From: an uncultured delta proteobacterium | GTDB lineage: Bacteria; Bdellovibrionota_C; UBA2361; OMII01 | NCBI GenBank assembly: GCA_903920005.1 | Contig: CAIXKI010000169.1 | Coordinates: 1 to 60,560, forward strand | Direction of reading: 5' to 3' | Length of the DNA stretch: 60,560 nt | Shown: piece by piece, positions 7,477 to 15,279 of the stretch | Layout: every line of letters starts with the position of its first letter | Position numbering within the stretch: the first letter of the stretch is position 1 | Position numbers and translations under genes: made by a program | The notes under the pieces: generated by a model | Seen by the model: the letters and a program-made list of their open reading frames with translations, nothing else | Told to the model about the DNA's origin: nothing | Database searches by the model: none

Positions 7477-9060
7477 ATGTACGCGGGCACCAAAACAAAC
7501 TTTTCCATGCAACTGGCAGGGCTTTCCCTCTTGAGTTTGGCAGGCTGCGCTCGACCTGGAGCGCAAGAAGCTGGGCTAGAGCGCAACAGTGGAACTCTCG
7601 GTCAAGACAGTTCGGCGCGCAGCTCCGTCAGGGTTTCAAATGATGGCAGCGTCTTCTCTCAAGAGTTGATAGCTGCCCCCAAGCCGCAGTTTGAAATACC
7701 CGAACTGAGTCGCGAGGTGCTTTCTGTTTTAGATCCGTCGGCGAGAGAGCCACTTATAGAGCTGCTTAGTAAAAGTCTCTCATCACCGGAAACGATGACG
7801 CCCCACGATTGGGTTGAGGAGATGTCAAATGCTCTCACCGCCGGCGGCATGTCCGAAGGAGAGATCCCGAAAGTGCTCGGCGGCTATGTCGCAAGGGGAT
7901 TATTTCCGCCCGCTCAGTATGTAGAAACTATTACGATCCTTAACAGACGATATCCCGAGGATGCGGCTGTCGCGGGCGCGTTCGCGAAGGTAGCTCTCGT
8001 GGGAACAGATCTACCATCTGCTTCCGTTTTATTCTCCTGGACAAGCTCTGCCGGAGGGAACCTTGGCCTCGATGCTCTCTCGGCGGAGAGATATCAGCGG
8101 TCCGATCCTAGCTGGGCCCCGGAAAACGCATGGGACTTGCCTATCAACGTCAACCTTGTTTTTGATGGATTGATGCCTCAATCTGAGGGTAATCCGCAAC
8201 CTCGCATCTCCCTAACCGGGACGATGGAGGGCTTGTCGGATTCAGGTAAGCTCCTTTGGTCTCGAGACCTAGAGCCGATCGCTTTCACAAATCCGGCATC
8301 CGATCATAATTACGTATCACTTCAGATCCAGGGAGAATCTGACCTTCCTGGCGGGCCGATTACTATTCGGATAACTTACGAAATAGCTCAACAATCCCCC
8401 GAGGGCTTTGAGGACTCCCGGACAAGTCGATTTCGAGGGGAGCACTGGACGAGGTTCGTGCCTGTGACTGAGAAATCAGCTCCTCCCAAAGAAGTTGGAT
8501 ATCGCGAGGTTCCGTTGGGTCTTCATGGACAGAGATTGGAGAATCCCTCAATCTTATCATCCGCGGTGTTTGACGTCGTTTCAGATATCTTAGTGACCAA
8601 CCGAAAAAACCTCTTGGAGAGGCTTAGAGCGGAGGAGCAGCGGGAGTTGCTTCGGCATGAATTAATCGGCAGCCCACTATCGGAAATATCGCTCAGTCAT
8701 GACTCGAAAGGCGCTGCATCAACCTTGGCGCTGCGACGCGAAGGCACCTCCATTTTAGTCTTCGGCGCAACCTGGTGTGGCCCCTGTGGCGCTATCGCTC
8801 CGGAGGTCGAGGCATTCATTCAGAGCAAGAGCACTCATCAAGGCCGCGCCGCTGTGTATCGTTTTTCCGTCGATGACCCAGAGGACTACGGAAAAGCAGT
8901 AAACGGTAAGTACCCAGATGGTGTGATCACACCGAGCCAAGGTGAGGCTCTCACCATCTCCTCCGTTCCCGCTTATGTAGTCACCAAGGATGGAAGAATC
9001 GTTGATTTGGGAGTTTTAGGACCTGGCGACATCGAGCGGCTTGCTGCGCAACATAAGTGA
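7477..9060 (+). CDS. Lipoprotein with C-terminal thioredoxin-fold domain (WCGPC)
   Basis: GGAGGA sits 3 nt before the ATG at 7477. Signal and lipobox MYAGTKTNFSMQLAGLSLLSLAGC. C-terminal ILVFGATWCGPCGAIAPEVEAF. The track start at 7444 is less likely. Confidence 0.8.
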   Translation: MYAGTKTNFSMQLAGLSLLSLAGCARPGAQEAGLERNSGTLGQDSSARSSVRVSNDGSVFSQELIAAPKPQFEIPELSREVLSVLDPSAREPLIELLSKSLSSPETMTPHDWVEEMSNALTAGGMSEGEIPKVLGGYVARGLFPPAQYVETITILNRRYPEDAAVAGAFAKVALVGTDLPSASVLFSWTSSAGGNLGLDALSAERYQRSDPSWAPENAWDLPINVNLVFDGLMPQSEGNPQPRISLTGTMEGLSDSGKLLWSRDLEPIAFTNPASDHNYVSLQIQGESDLPGGPITIRITYEIAQQSPEGFEDSRTSRFRGEHWTRFVPVTEKSAPPKEVGYREVPLGLHGQRLENPSILSSAVFDVVSDILVTNRKNLLERLRAEEQRELLRHELIGSPLSEISLSHDSKGAASTLALRREGTSILVFGATWCGPCGAIAPEVEAFIQSKSTHQGRAAVYRFSVDDPEDYGKAVNGKYPDGVITPSQGEALTISSVPAYVVTKDGRIVDLGVLGPGDIERLAAQHK

Positions 9061-9191
9061 TTGTTCCCCTTCTCTGGTACAGGGCAACTCTCGATCTCAC
9101 TGACTCACCCGCACAACAAGCGAAAACCACACAGAAAAATGAGCCGGTCCAGAGTTGCCCTGTACCATCGGAGCCGGACCATCGGAGCCGG
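9060..9191 (+). repeat. Palindromic element, copy 2
   Basis: GGTACAGGGCAACTCT (9076-9091) pairs with AGAGTTGCCCTGTACC (9151-9166). Followed by accatcggagccgg x2 (9164-9191). Starts on the stop codon of the thioredoxin lipoprotein gene. Confidence 0.95.
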
Positions 9192-9300
9192 CGCGCTTCT
9201 GCGGAACTACTGTCTCCCCTTTTTTTATCTCTGCCGAACGCTCTTTATCCACCCTCCAGGCATGCGCCCGATCCGCGTAGGATTTGCCGTGTGGCTCTAG

Positions 9301-9567
9301 CTATGCCCGCATTTTTCCGAATTCAGGGTTTTCTGCGGCGGTAAGGTCGTACGACCACTGTAAATTGGCCCATGTCTCAGGGTCTGTTCCGAGTGCGCGA
9401 GCAAGTTTCTTTGCCATCGATGCTGAGATGCCTCTTTTGCCCCTACAGATCATGTTAATAACCCCTGCCTCAACGCCGATATGTTTAGCAAGTTGAGATT
9501 GAGTGATACCTCTGTCAGATAGGATATCCTGCAAAATTTCGCCCGGATGAATCGTGTTTGGAAGCAT
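9301..9567 (-). CDS. higA: HigA-family antitoxin (XRE-type HTH)
   Basis: IHPGEILQDILSDRGITQSQLAKHIGVEAGVINMICRGKRGISASMAKKLARALGTDPETWANLQ is the typical HigA/VapI pattern. Lies 9 nt downstream of higB. Confidence 0.9.
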   Translation of the reverse strand: MLPNTIHPGEILQDILSDRGITQSQLAKHIGVEAGVINMICRGKRGISASMAKKLARALGTDPETWANLQWSYDLTAAENPEFGKMRA

Positions 9568-9576
9568 AGCTACTCC

Positions 9577-9873
9577 TTAGTGATAATCCACAATTTCAAC
9601 GTCTAACACCTGACCCTCAACAAACCGAAAGCAGATTCGATGCTGGTCGTTTATCCTAATACTCATTTGACCTTTACGGTCTCCTTTGAGTCTCTCAAGC
9701 TTGAGTCCCGGCCAAGCACGCAAGCTATCTAAGGTGCGGATACTGTCGAGAAAAACGAGTTTCTTGTAAGCCGAATAATGAAGCTCGCTTGGTAACAGCT
9801 TCAATGTTCGTTTGCTCTTCTTTCCATAAGCAATCTCCTCCATTTCTTTATTTTTGAAGGACTTAATCGCCAT
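9577..9873 (-). CDS. higB: HigB-family (RelE-fold) toxin
   Basis: MAIKSFKNK ... LKLERLKGDRKGQMSIRINDQHRICFRF ... VEIVDYH matches the HigB killer-protein pattern. Toxin-first gene order is typical of higBA. Confidence 0.9.
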   Translation of the reverse strand: MAIKSFKNKEMEEIAYGKKSKRTLKLLPSELHYSAYKKLVFLDSIRTLDSLRAWPGLKLERLKGDRKGQMSIRINDQHRICFRFVEGQVLDVEIVDYH

Positions 9874-9887
9874 GTATATAAGTATAC
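9874..9887. promoter_or_regulatory. GTATA-TAAG-TATAC inverted repeat abutting the higB start; candidate HigA operator
   Basis: 5-bp arms, read directly, immediately upstream of the higB ATG. Confidence 0.3.
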
Positions 9888-10147
9888 AGCATGCCTATAC
9901 ACCGTACAAGAATTCAATTTGCATCATCACTTCAGTCAGTTATCGTGAGCCTAGTCATAGCCGTCGGGTTGAAGGGGCAAAGAGCAAGCTCGCCCTGACG
10001 TCGGGGCGCGAAATACTAATCCACCAAACACGCCATACGGTGGTAATGGGCGGGTTCTTGTGCTGACTACTGCAGTTGAAAAACCTGTCGGGGTTCGGCC
10101 GAAGCTGCCTCATTCAGGTGTCCACCGCCATATAGGCGGGCTCAGCT

Positions 10148-10272
10148 ATTGTTCCCCTCTCTGGTACAGGGCAACTCTCGATCTCACTGACTCACCCGCA
10201 TAACAAGCGAAAACTACACAGAAAAATGAGCCGGTCCAGAGTTGCCCTGTACCAGTGGAGAACCAGTGGAGA
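10148..10272 (+). repeat. Palindromic element, copy 3
   Basis: CTGGTACAGGGCAACTCT (10161-10178) pairs with AGAGTTGCCCTGTACCAG (10238-10255). Followed by accagtggaga x2 (10251-10272). The left edge attgttcccct is shared with copy 2. Confidence 0.95.
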
Positions 10273-10318
10273 CCGACGCGCAAGCAGTTTTAACAACTGA
10301 CCTGAGGCGTCTGGGTAT

Positions 10319-11443
10319 TTACGCTGCAGGTTCTGCTCGATCCTTGGGAAGAGGCTTTACGTCTTTACACGCGTAATACGGTGCCTCGTTGATAGGCGCG
10401 CAGATCTGACCCGCTTTGCAACTAGCACAACCTGAATACGTTGAGCATTTCCCCTTATAGCAACCCTCGGTAGGCCCGCAGCAGTTGTTGGCGTTATCTG
10501 CACTTGGACATGGATTGCCACAAGCAGGTGCTGCGGGAGGATCCTGGGGCGGAGGATTATCACCAGCCGGTGAATCGATGGCGCCAGGATTCGGAGCTGT
10601 TGGGGAATCCATCGGATCCGGATTTTGGGCAGGCGGCGAGTCAATTGGGCCAGGATTTAATGGCGGGAAGATGTCGTTTTTCGGACGACACTGTCCAGTC
10701 AACGGATCGCACACCATATCGGTGCCCACGCACGCGTCCTTGCACGCATCGGGTACCGGATCTGGTAGTGGGTCGGGCTTGGGGTCTGGTGCAGGACTAG
10801 ACACCTTTACGCAAGTGAAATCCTGTGGGCAGCCTTTTTCGTCTTTCTTGTTTACGCACTGCTCGCCAGCGGGACAGCTGGATGCTCCGCAGGAGCGAAA
10901 ACTGCATGCGAGACAGCCTGACTTAGATGAGGAGTCACAGGCATACATACAGCATGAAGTACCACCAGAACTATTTGCACATGGCACCTTGGCTTCTCCG
11001 GTGCAGAGGGCGCCGGGATTTGATGGTGGATTCCCTGGGTTGCTCGGTGGAGGTGAGGGAGGAGGCTTATCCCTATCGCAATCGTTGCAAAGATTTACAT
11101 TCTTCGGATAGGGGACTGTTTGAAAGACCGAAGCATCACACGAGGGGTTCAGCCATCGCCTGGTCGCGCGGTCTTTTCCTACGCAATCTATGGTAACGAG
11201 CTTATTGCATCCGTATTTAGCCGGGTTGCTGGCTTTTCTTGCCTCTATCTGCGCCTTAATGTCAACGCAGCCAGGACAGTTTTGAAGGGTGTATAACGTG
11301 ATTACGCAATCAGGCCTTGAAGGGTCCGAACCCACCGCACTAGCCGCGCCGCTGCTAATCACCGGTTGCTGCGCCCTAACACTGCCGCTCACCAATAAAA
11401 GACCTATGCATGCTGCAGCGCTGTACCTGGCTAGACTGTTCAT
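10319..11443 (-). CDS. Secreted Cys-rich / Pro-rich protein with N-terminal glutaredoxin-like CPGC segment
   Basis: GGGGGA ribosome-binding site and ATG at 11443. Signal peptide MNSLARYSAAACIGLLLVSGSVRAQQ. VITLYTLQNCPGCVDIKAQIE, over 40 Cys, and NPxPxDSP repeats. The track start at 11458 is a TTG. Confidence 0.8.
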   Translation of the reverse strand: MNSLARYSAAACIGLLLVSGSVRAQQPVISSGAASAVGSDPSRPDCVITLYTLQNCPGCVDIKAQIEARKASNPAKYGCNKLVTIDCVGKDRATRRWLNPSCDASVFQTVPYPKNVNLCNDCDRDKPPPSPPPSNPGNPPSNPGALCTGEAKVPCANSSGGTSCCMYACDSSSKSGCLACSFRSCGASSCPAGEQCVNKKDEKGCPQDFTCVKVSSPAPDPKPDPLPDPVPDACKDACVGTDMVCDPLTGQCRPKNDIFPPLNPGPIDSPPAQNPDPMDSPTAPNPGAIDSPAGDNPPPQDPPAAPACGNPCPSADNANNCCGPTEGCYKGKCSTYSGCASCKAGQICAPINEAPYYACKDVKPLPKDRAEPAA

Positions 11444-11670
11444 TAAATCCCCCACCAAGATATAAATTCCTGGAAGTAACTTCGGCGCTTATACGTAAAT
11501 CCCTGAGCATTTTTGCCTAATTAGATCGGAGGGCATAACACAATAAAATCGGCATACCTATCAGGGGTATAGCTAATAGTATGAAGCAATGTTCTAGAGA
11601 TCTCAGACTAGTGGAGAGAAGGTGGTAACGGATCAGCAGCCTTCGCCTAAACGTTATCGAAAGAGGTTTT

Positions 11671-12066
11671 ATGTTAAAGACGCGTTCACTATGTGCACTC
11701 ATCGTTGGTATCGGGTTGCTTAGCTCTCACACCAGTGCATGGGCAGAAGACCTCAAAGCCGCAGTGACCGCCACCGATGTTAATGCTGTTCACGCAGACT
11801 GCATGATCCCCCAAAGCTATTATCTTAAATACAAGTTAGATAGGTCCAAAAAGAAGCTTCAATTTGTCGGACAGAAGAAGAAGCTCAGTCGAAACAAATC
11901 AGCAACCTTCGTCACGAGAGTTGTAGATCAGAACGAAGGCGTAGGGCGCTCGATTAGAACGAGCTTCAACCTAAAGCGCAAAACTGTTCAGGTCACAGAA
12001 GATGCCGTGAAGTTGGACAATAGCGGTGGTTCGTGCCGCTTTACCTTCTCTGCTCGGCTTAGTTAG
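11671..12066 (+). CDS. Small secreted protein (131 aa), unknown function
   Basis: AAGAGG ribosome-binding site. Signal peptide MLKTRSLCALIVGIGLLSSHTSAWA. Confidence 0.65.
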   Translation: MLKTRSLCALIVGIGLLSSHTSAWAEDLKAAVTATDVNAVHADCMIPQSYYLKYKLDRSKKKLQFVGQKKKLSRNKSATFVTRVVDQNEGVGRSIRTSFNLKRKTVQVTEDAVKLDNSGGSCRFTFSARLS

Positions 12067-12483
12067 TAGTATTCTTTAACCAATTAGCGGTTAATCGAGA
12101 GAGGCGCGCACAACACCGTCTGCCGCCTTCTCCCCTGCTATTTTATGAAGGACAGGACGATCGATCGCTTTTTCGTAAGTAGCTGAACTGTAGTAGCGGG
12201 CGGATATTTGTTCTGTCGAGATGGGTCAAGCGAGGGTCGAAATGCGAGGTCTGTAGCTCCACGCTATGGTTTCAAGGCTGCAAAGAGAGCGTGGAAGGGC
12301 GAGCTAAGTTTTATGTCTGTTTATGTCTGTAGCCGGGCTACTCAAAAATCCTTGGAGTATCGACTGGTTGAGTTCATCTCTGAAGCGAGCCGAGTCTCGA
12401 GCAGCTGAAATTATCAAGAAAATAGGGTAGTCCGGCTACAATACAAAACTTCTCGGTTAGATACTCCTTAACTTAATGGCGGT

Positions 12484-12512
12484 GACCCTGTACCAGAGAC
12501 ATCCAGAGACAA
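12484..12512 (+). repeat. Partial right end of the palindromic element + tandem duplication
   Basis: gaCCCTGTACC followed by ccagagacat / ccagagacaa. Confidence 0.7.
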
Positions 12513-12535
12513 CTATTGGAAGTGCCACCGCTAAG

Positions 12536-12605
12536 GTACCCTGCACCAACAGCGGGAGCACCAACAGCGGGACCCTGCATCAGCAGCGGGACCAGAAGCG
12601 GGAGG
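12536..12605 (+). repeat. Two degenerate right-end motifs (ACCCTGCACC, ACCCTGCATC), each followed by a tandem duplication
   Basis: accaacagcgggagc / accaacagcgggacc, then agcagcgggacc / agaagcgggagg. Confidence 0.65.
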
Positions 12606-12623
12606 AAGGTAGCGAGCTGCAAA

Positions 12624-13196
12624 CTACTCTTGAGACAAGCGGTCAAGGACCTCGCTGGTAAGAGTGCCCCATTCGGAGACCATTCCGTTTTCAATTATCA
12701 GGTATGCCGGCACGGACGTTAGGCCGAGCGCTCGAAGCTGGCTACTCGAAATGGCACCATCCGGATATCGATCGCGCACCACTTCGGGGAACACAGCTTC
12801 GTCGTCATCAATCGATATTCTATAGACGGTGTCCGTTGAACCACTTCCTTGTATTGCCGACACGAAGCTTTTCACGTGGGGTGCGATGCTGGCACACGGC
12901 TCGCACCACGACGCTCCGAAAAAAAGTATCGACCGCGTATCTTCGCTAAGCAACAGACGGAACGGTTCGCCGGTTTTGGGGTCGTACGCCATCTCTAAAC
13001 TGGCGAGCGAGCGACCGAGAAGAGTTGACCGGGCTGCATGCACCTCTTCAGCATCGATAGCGCGTTTCTGAAGAACATCTTTCGAGTAAAATAGGTGCAT
13101 GCGAGCGAACTCCACCAGCGGGTAGCTCGCTAGAGCGGGATACGGCAACTCCTGCGCCCGCTGCCCAAGGGGCCAAGAACTTCTGGTGCAGCCCAA
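12624..13196 (-). CDS. Thioredoxin-fold protein (WCEPC), paralog of the C-terminus of the 7477-9060 product
   Basis: ILFFGASWCEPCASIAPHVKSF ... YPDGAISSSQLRALGLTSVPAYLI aligns with ILVFGATWCGPCGAIAPEVEAF ... YPDGVITPSQGEALTISSVPAYVV. Start uncertain: TTG at 13196 or ATG at 13100. No signal peptide seen. Confidence 0.75.
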   Translation of the reverse strand: MGCTRSSWPLGQRAQELPYPALASYPLVEFARMHLFYSKDVLQKRAIDAEEVHAARSTLLGRSLASLEMAYDPKTGEPFRLLLSEDTRSILFFGASWCEPCASIAPHVKSFVSAIQGSGSTDTVYRISIDDDEAVFPEVVRDRYPDGAISSSQLRALGLTSVPAYLIIENGMVSEWGTLTSEVLDRLSQE

Positions 13197-13220
13197 CTCG
13201 AAAAACCCCAGTTTTCTTTA

Positions 13221-13272
13221 ATTGTTATAGAGAGTTGATTAGTTGGCCTGCACCAGTGACGGCCAGTGACGG
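13221..13272 (+). repeat. Collapsed or degenerate copy of the palindromic element
   Basis: attgtt-atag-AGAGTTG-attagttgg-CCTGCACC, followed by ccagtgacgg x2. This is the left edge plus the right end without the central part. Confidence 0.6.
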
Positions 13273-13555
13273 CAGCACCTCATCGCGCAAGCACCCACAC
13301 TGGTGCTGGAACTTCGACTCCCACTGGAACTGAAGGTCATCGCGAGAGTGGTAGACTATCTGGTAGAGGGAAGAGGCTTCGGGGGCACGTCTTCTGCAGT
13401 GTTGGAGCTTATCCTTTGCCTTCTCCCACGTCTAGCGCCTGAGCATACAGGCTTGTTCGGGGAGGTGCGGCTAGTGGGTGTGTTGGAATTAGTGAGAAGT
13501 ACGGATAGGGATTTAGGTCAGGCTTCAGAGAGAGCCATGTGCCTGCAGTCACGAG

Positions 13556-13729
13556 AGCCGTATGTGCATGTCTGGGCTCTGGATTTACTGGGAAACGTGC
13601 GACTCCCTCTGGGATAACATAACTTCTTGGCGGCGTCCGGGTTCGTTATCTGAGGATTGAGCATAGAAGCGCGTCTTGATACGCCAGGAAAGTGCCGCAA
13701 AAACGCGACGGCGGAGTTTTGCCTCTTAT
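13556..13729 (+). repeat. Repeat module A, copy 2
   Basis: Direct repeat of 2497-2670. Confidence 0.95.
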
Positions 13730-13746
13730 CATGCAGGGGGCGCGCC

Positions 13747-14919
13747 TCATTGTCTCAGCCACTTATTAAGCAGTCCAAGGTATTCTCGCCACGGAAGAAC
13801 GGTCGCAAGACCTTGCAGCTGAAAGCTTTCGGGCACATCCGCAACGATGTAGCGCGGAACCGTTGGGTGCTCTTCAGCAAAGGCACGCAAGCCAGAGAAA
13901 TACTGCGGTGTAATGACCGACGAAGATTTTATCTCTACGGCTGCTATGAGTTCGCCCCTGTTTTCAATCAACAGGTCAACCTCCTGGTCGTCTTTGGTCC
14001 GCCAGAAGAATATCCTACCATCAATTGAAAGGTATCGCAGCATGCGGTCCGTCTCCAATACGATGAGGTGCTCAAAGAGACGTCCTCGCCGCGTTGCATC
14101 TGGAGATGACCGTAGTTGCCGATCAAGGGCATTGAGCACACCGAGATCAAAGAGATAGAATTTTGGAGTCGAACGCAATCGCCTTCGCACACTCTTACTG
14201 TATGCCTGCAATTTAATACCGATAAGCGTGTCGACTAAAATATCGTAGTAGCTTTGAACTGTTCTTGGCTGAAGCTGCGCCTCACGTGCGACGTTTGAGA
14301 AATTGAGAAGCTCCCCAGATTGTTGGGCAGCGACCTCTAAGAAATGCAGAAAGCCCGGTAGATTTCTCACAAGAGACTCTTGCTGGATCTCTTCGCTTAG
14401 ATACGTAGTAACATAGGCGGTCAATAGATCGATGCGCTCGTCAGTCGATGGCCTCAAAATAATGCTGGGCAGGCTCCCGAACCGTAGCAGTTCGTCGAGT
14501 GTGGTGCGCTCCCCTAGCTCGTGCAGCGTAAGGGGGAATAGGTTTCGCGAGACGGCTCGCCCGCCCAGTAAATTCGCTCCCTCTCGTTTTAGCTTTCTCG
14601 CACTCGACCCTGAGAGAATAAAAACCGTAGCATGCTCATGCATCAATCTTTGCACCTCATCAAGGAGCGCGGGAATCTTCTGCACTTCATCTATAAAGAG
14701 GATCTCAATTCGCTCATCAATAATTTTCCTCTTCGCCTCCGCGTAGAACTGCCCCGGTGAAGCCAAGTATCTGTGAAACACCGTCCGATCTAACAAATTA
14801 ACGGTCCACACCCGACGACCGGCTATGAAGCTCTCGATGAGCGTTGTTTTGCCGGTTTGCCGCGGACCAAACAGGAAAAAACTAATAGAAATAGGTAGGT
14901 TGCATATTCGATGCAGCAT
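13747..14919 (-). CDS. AAA+ ATPase of the DUF4143 / COG1373 type
   Basis: Walker A FLFGPRQTGKTTL, Walker B ILFIDEVQ, 390 aa, with the C-terminal region typical of the DUF4143 family. Confidence 0.8.
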   Translation of the reverse strand: MLHRICNLPISISFFLFGPRQTGKTTLIESFIAGRRVWTVNLLDRTVFHRYLASPGQFYAEAKRKIIDERIEILFIDEVQKIPALLDEVQRLMHEHATVFILSGSSARKLKREGANLLGGRAVSRNLFPLTLHELGERTTLDELLRFGSLPSIILRPSTDERIDLLTAYVTTYLSEEIQQESLVRNLPGFLHFLEVAAQQSGELLNFSNVAREAQLQPRTVQSYYDILVDTLIGIKLQAYSKSVRRRLRSTPKFYLFDLGVLNALDRQLRSSPDATRRGRLFEHLIVLETDRMLRYLSIDGRIFFWRTKDDQEVDLLIENRGELIAAVEIKSSSVITPQYFSGLRAFAEEHPTVPRYIVADVPESFQLQGLATVLPWREYLGLLNKWLRQ

Positions 14920-15131
14920 GGATCAAATAAATACGCCCTATTTGATCTAATGACAAGAGAATTTGCAACTAACTGATTATACACCGTTAAATCATTCAGG
15001 GAGTAGTACTATGAGGCCTCTCCACCGCCGCACTCCCCCATTTTGGTGAACCCCGCATTGAGAGAACCTTGGCTTGCGCGTGCACCAACGTCGAGAACTC
15101 CGCGAGCGCAGCACGCCCGACTGCCTTCAGA

Positions 15132-15180
15132 TCGCTTGAACGAGAGACGACAAGCCCCGGGGTCATCGGTGAATTTCAAG
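15132..15180 (-). repeat. Repeat module C, copy 2 (inverted)
   Basis: Reverse complement of 2855-2903. Confidence 0.85.
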
Positions 15181-15279
15181 GACGAGACAACGTGCGGGGC
15201 TTGCGAGCATGGCGAGCTGCCATCGAGCACGTAAGGCTACAATAAAATTACGAGCTAGCGAGTAATTTCTCACTGTTGG

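Noticed and set aside
10485-11111. 208-aa Gly-rich plus-strand ORF, plus other ORFs at 10357-10800
   Set aside because: They are antisense or alternative frames of the Cys/Pro-rich secreted protein gene. That gene has a proper ribosome-binding site, a signal peptide and repeat structure. The Gly-rich frame is the mirror of its Pro codons.
13303-13617. 104-aa plus-strand ORF between the collapsed element and module A
   Set aside because: It has a non-ATG start and no ribosome-binding site, and it runs into repeat module A, which is non-coding at its other copy.
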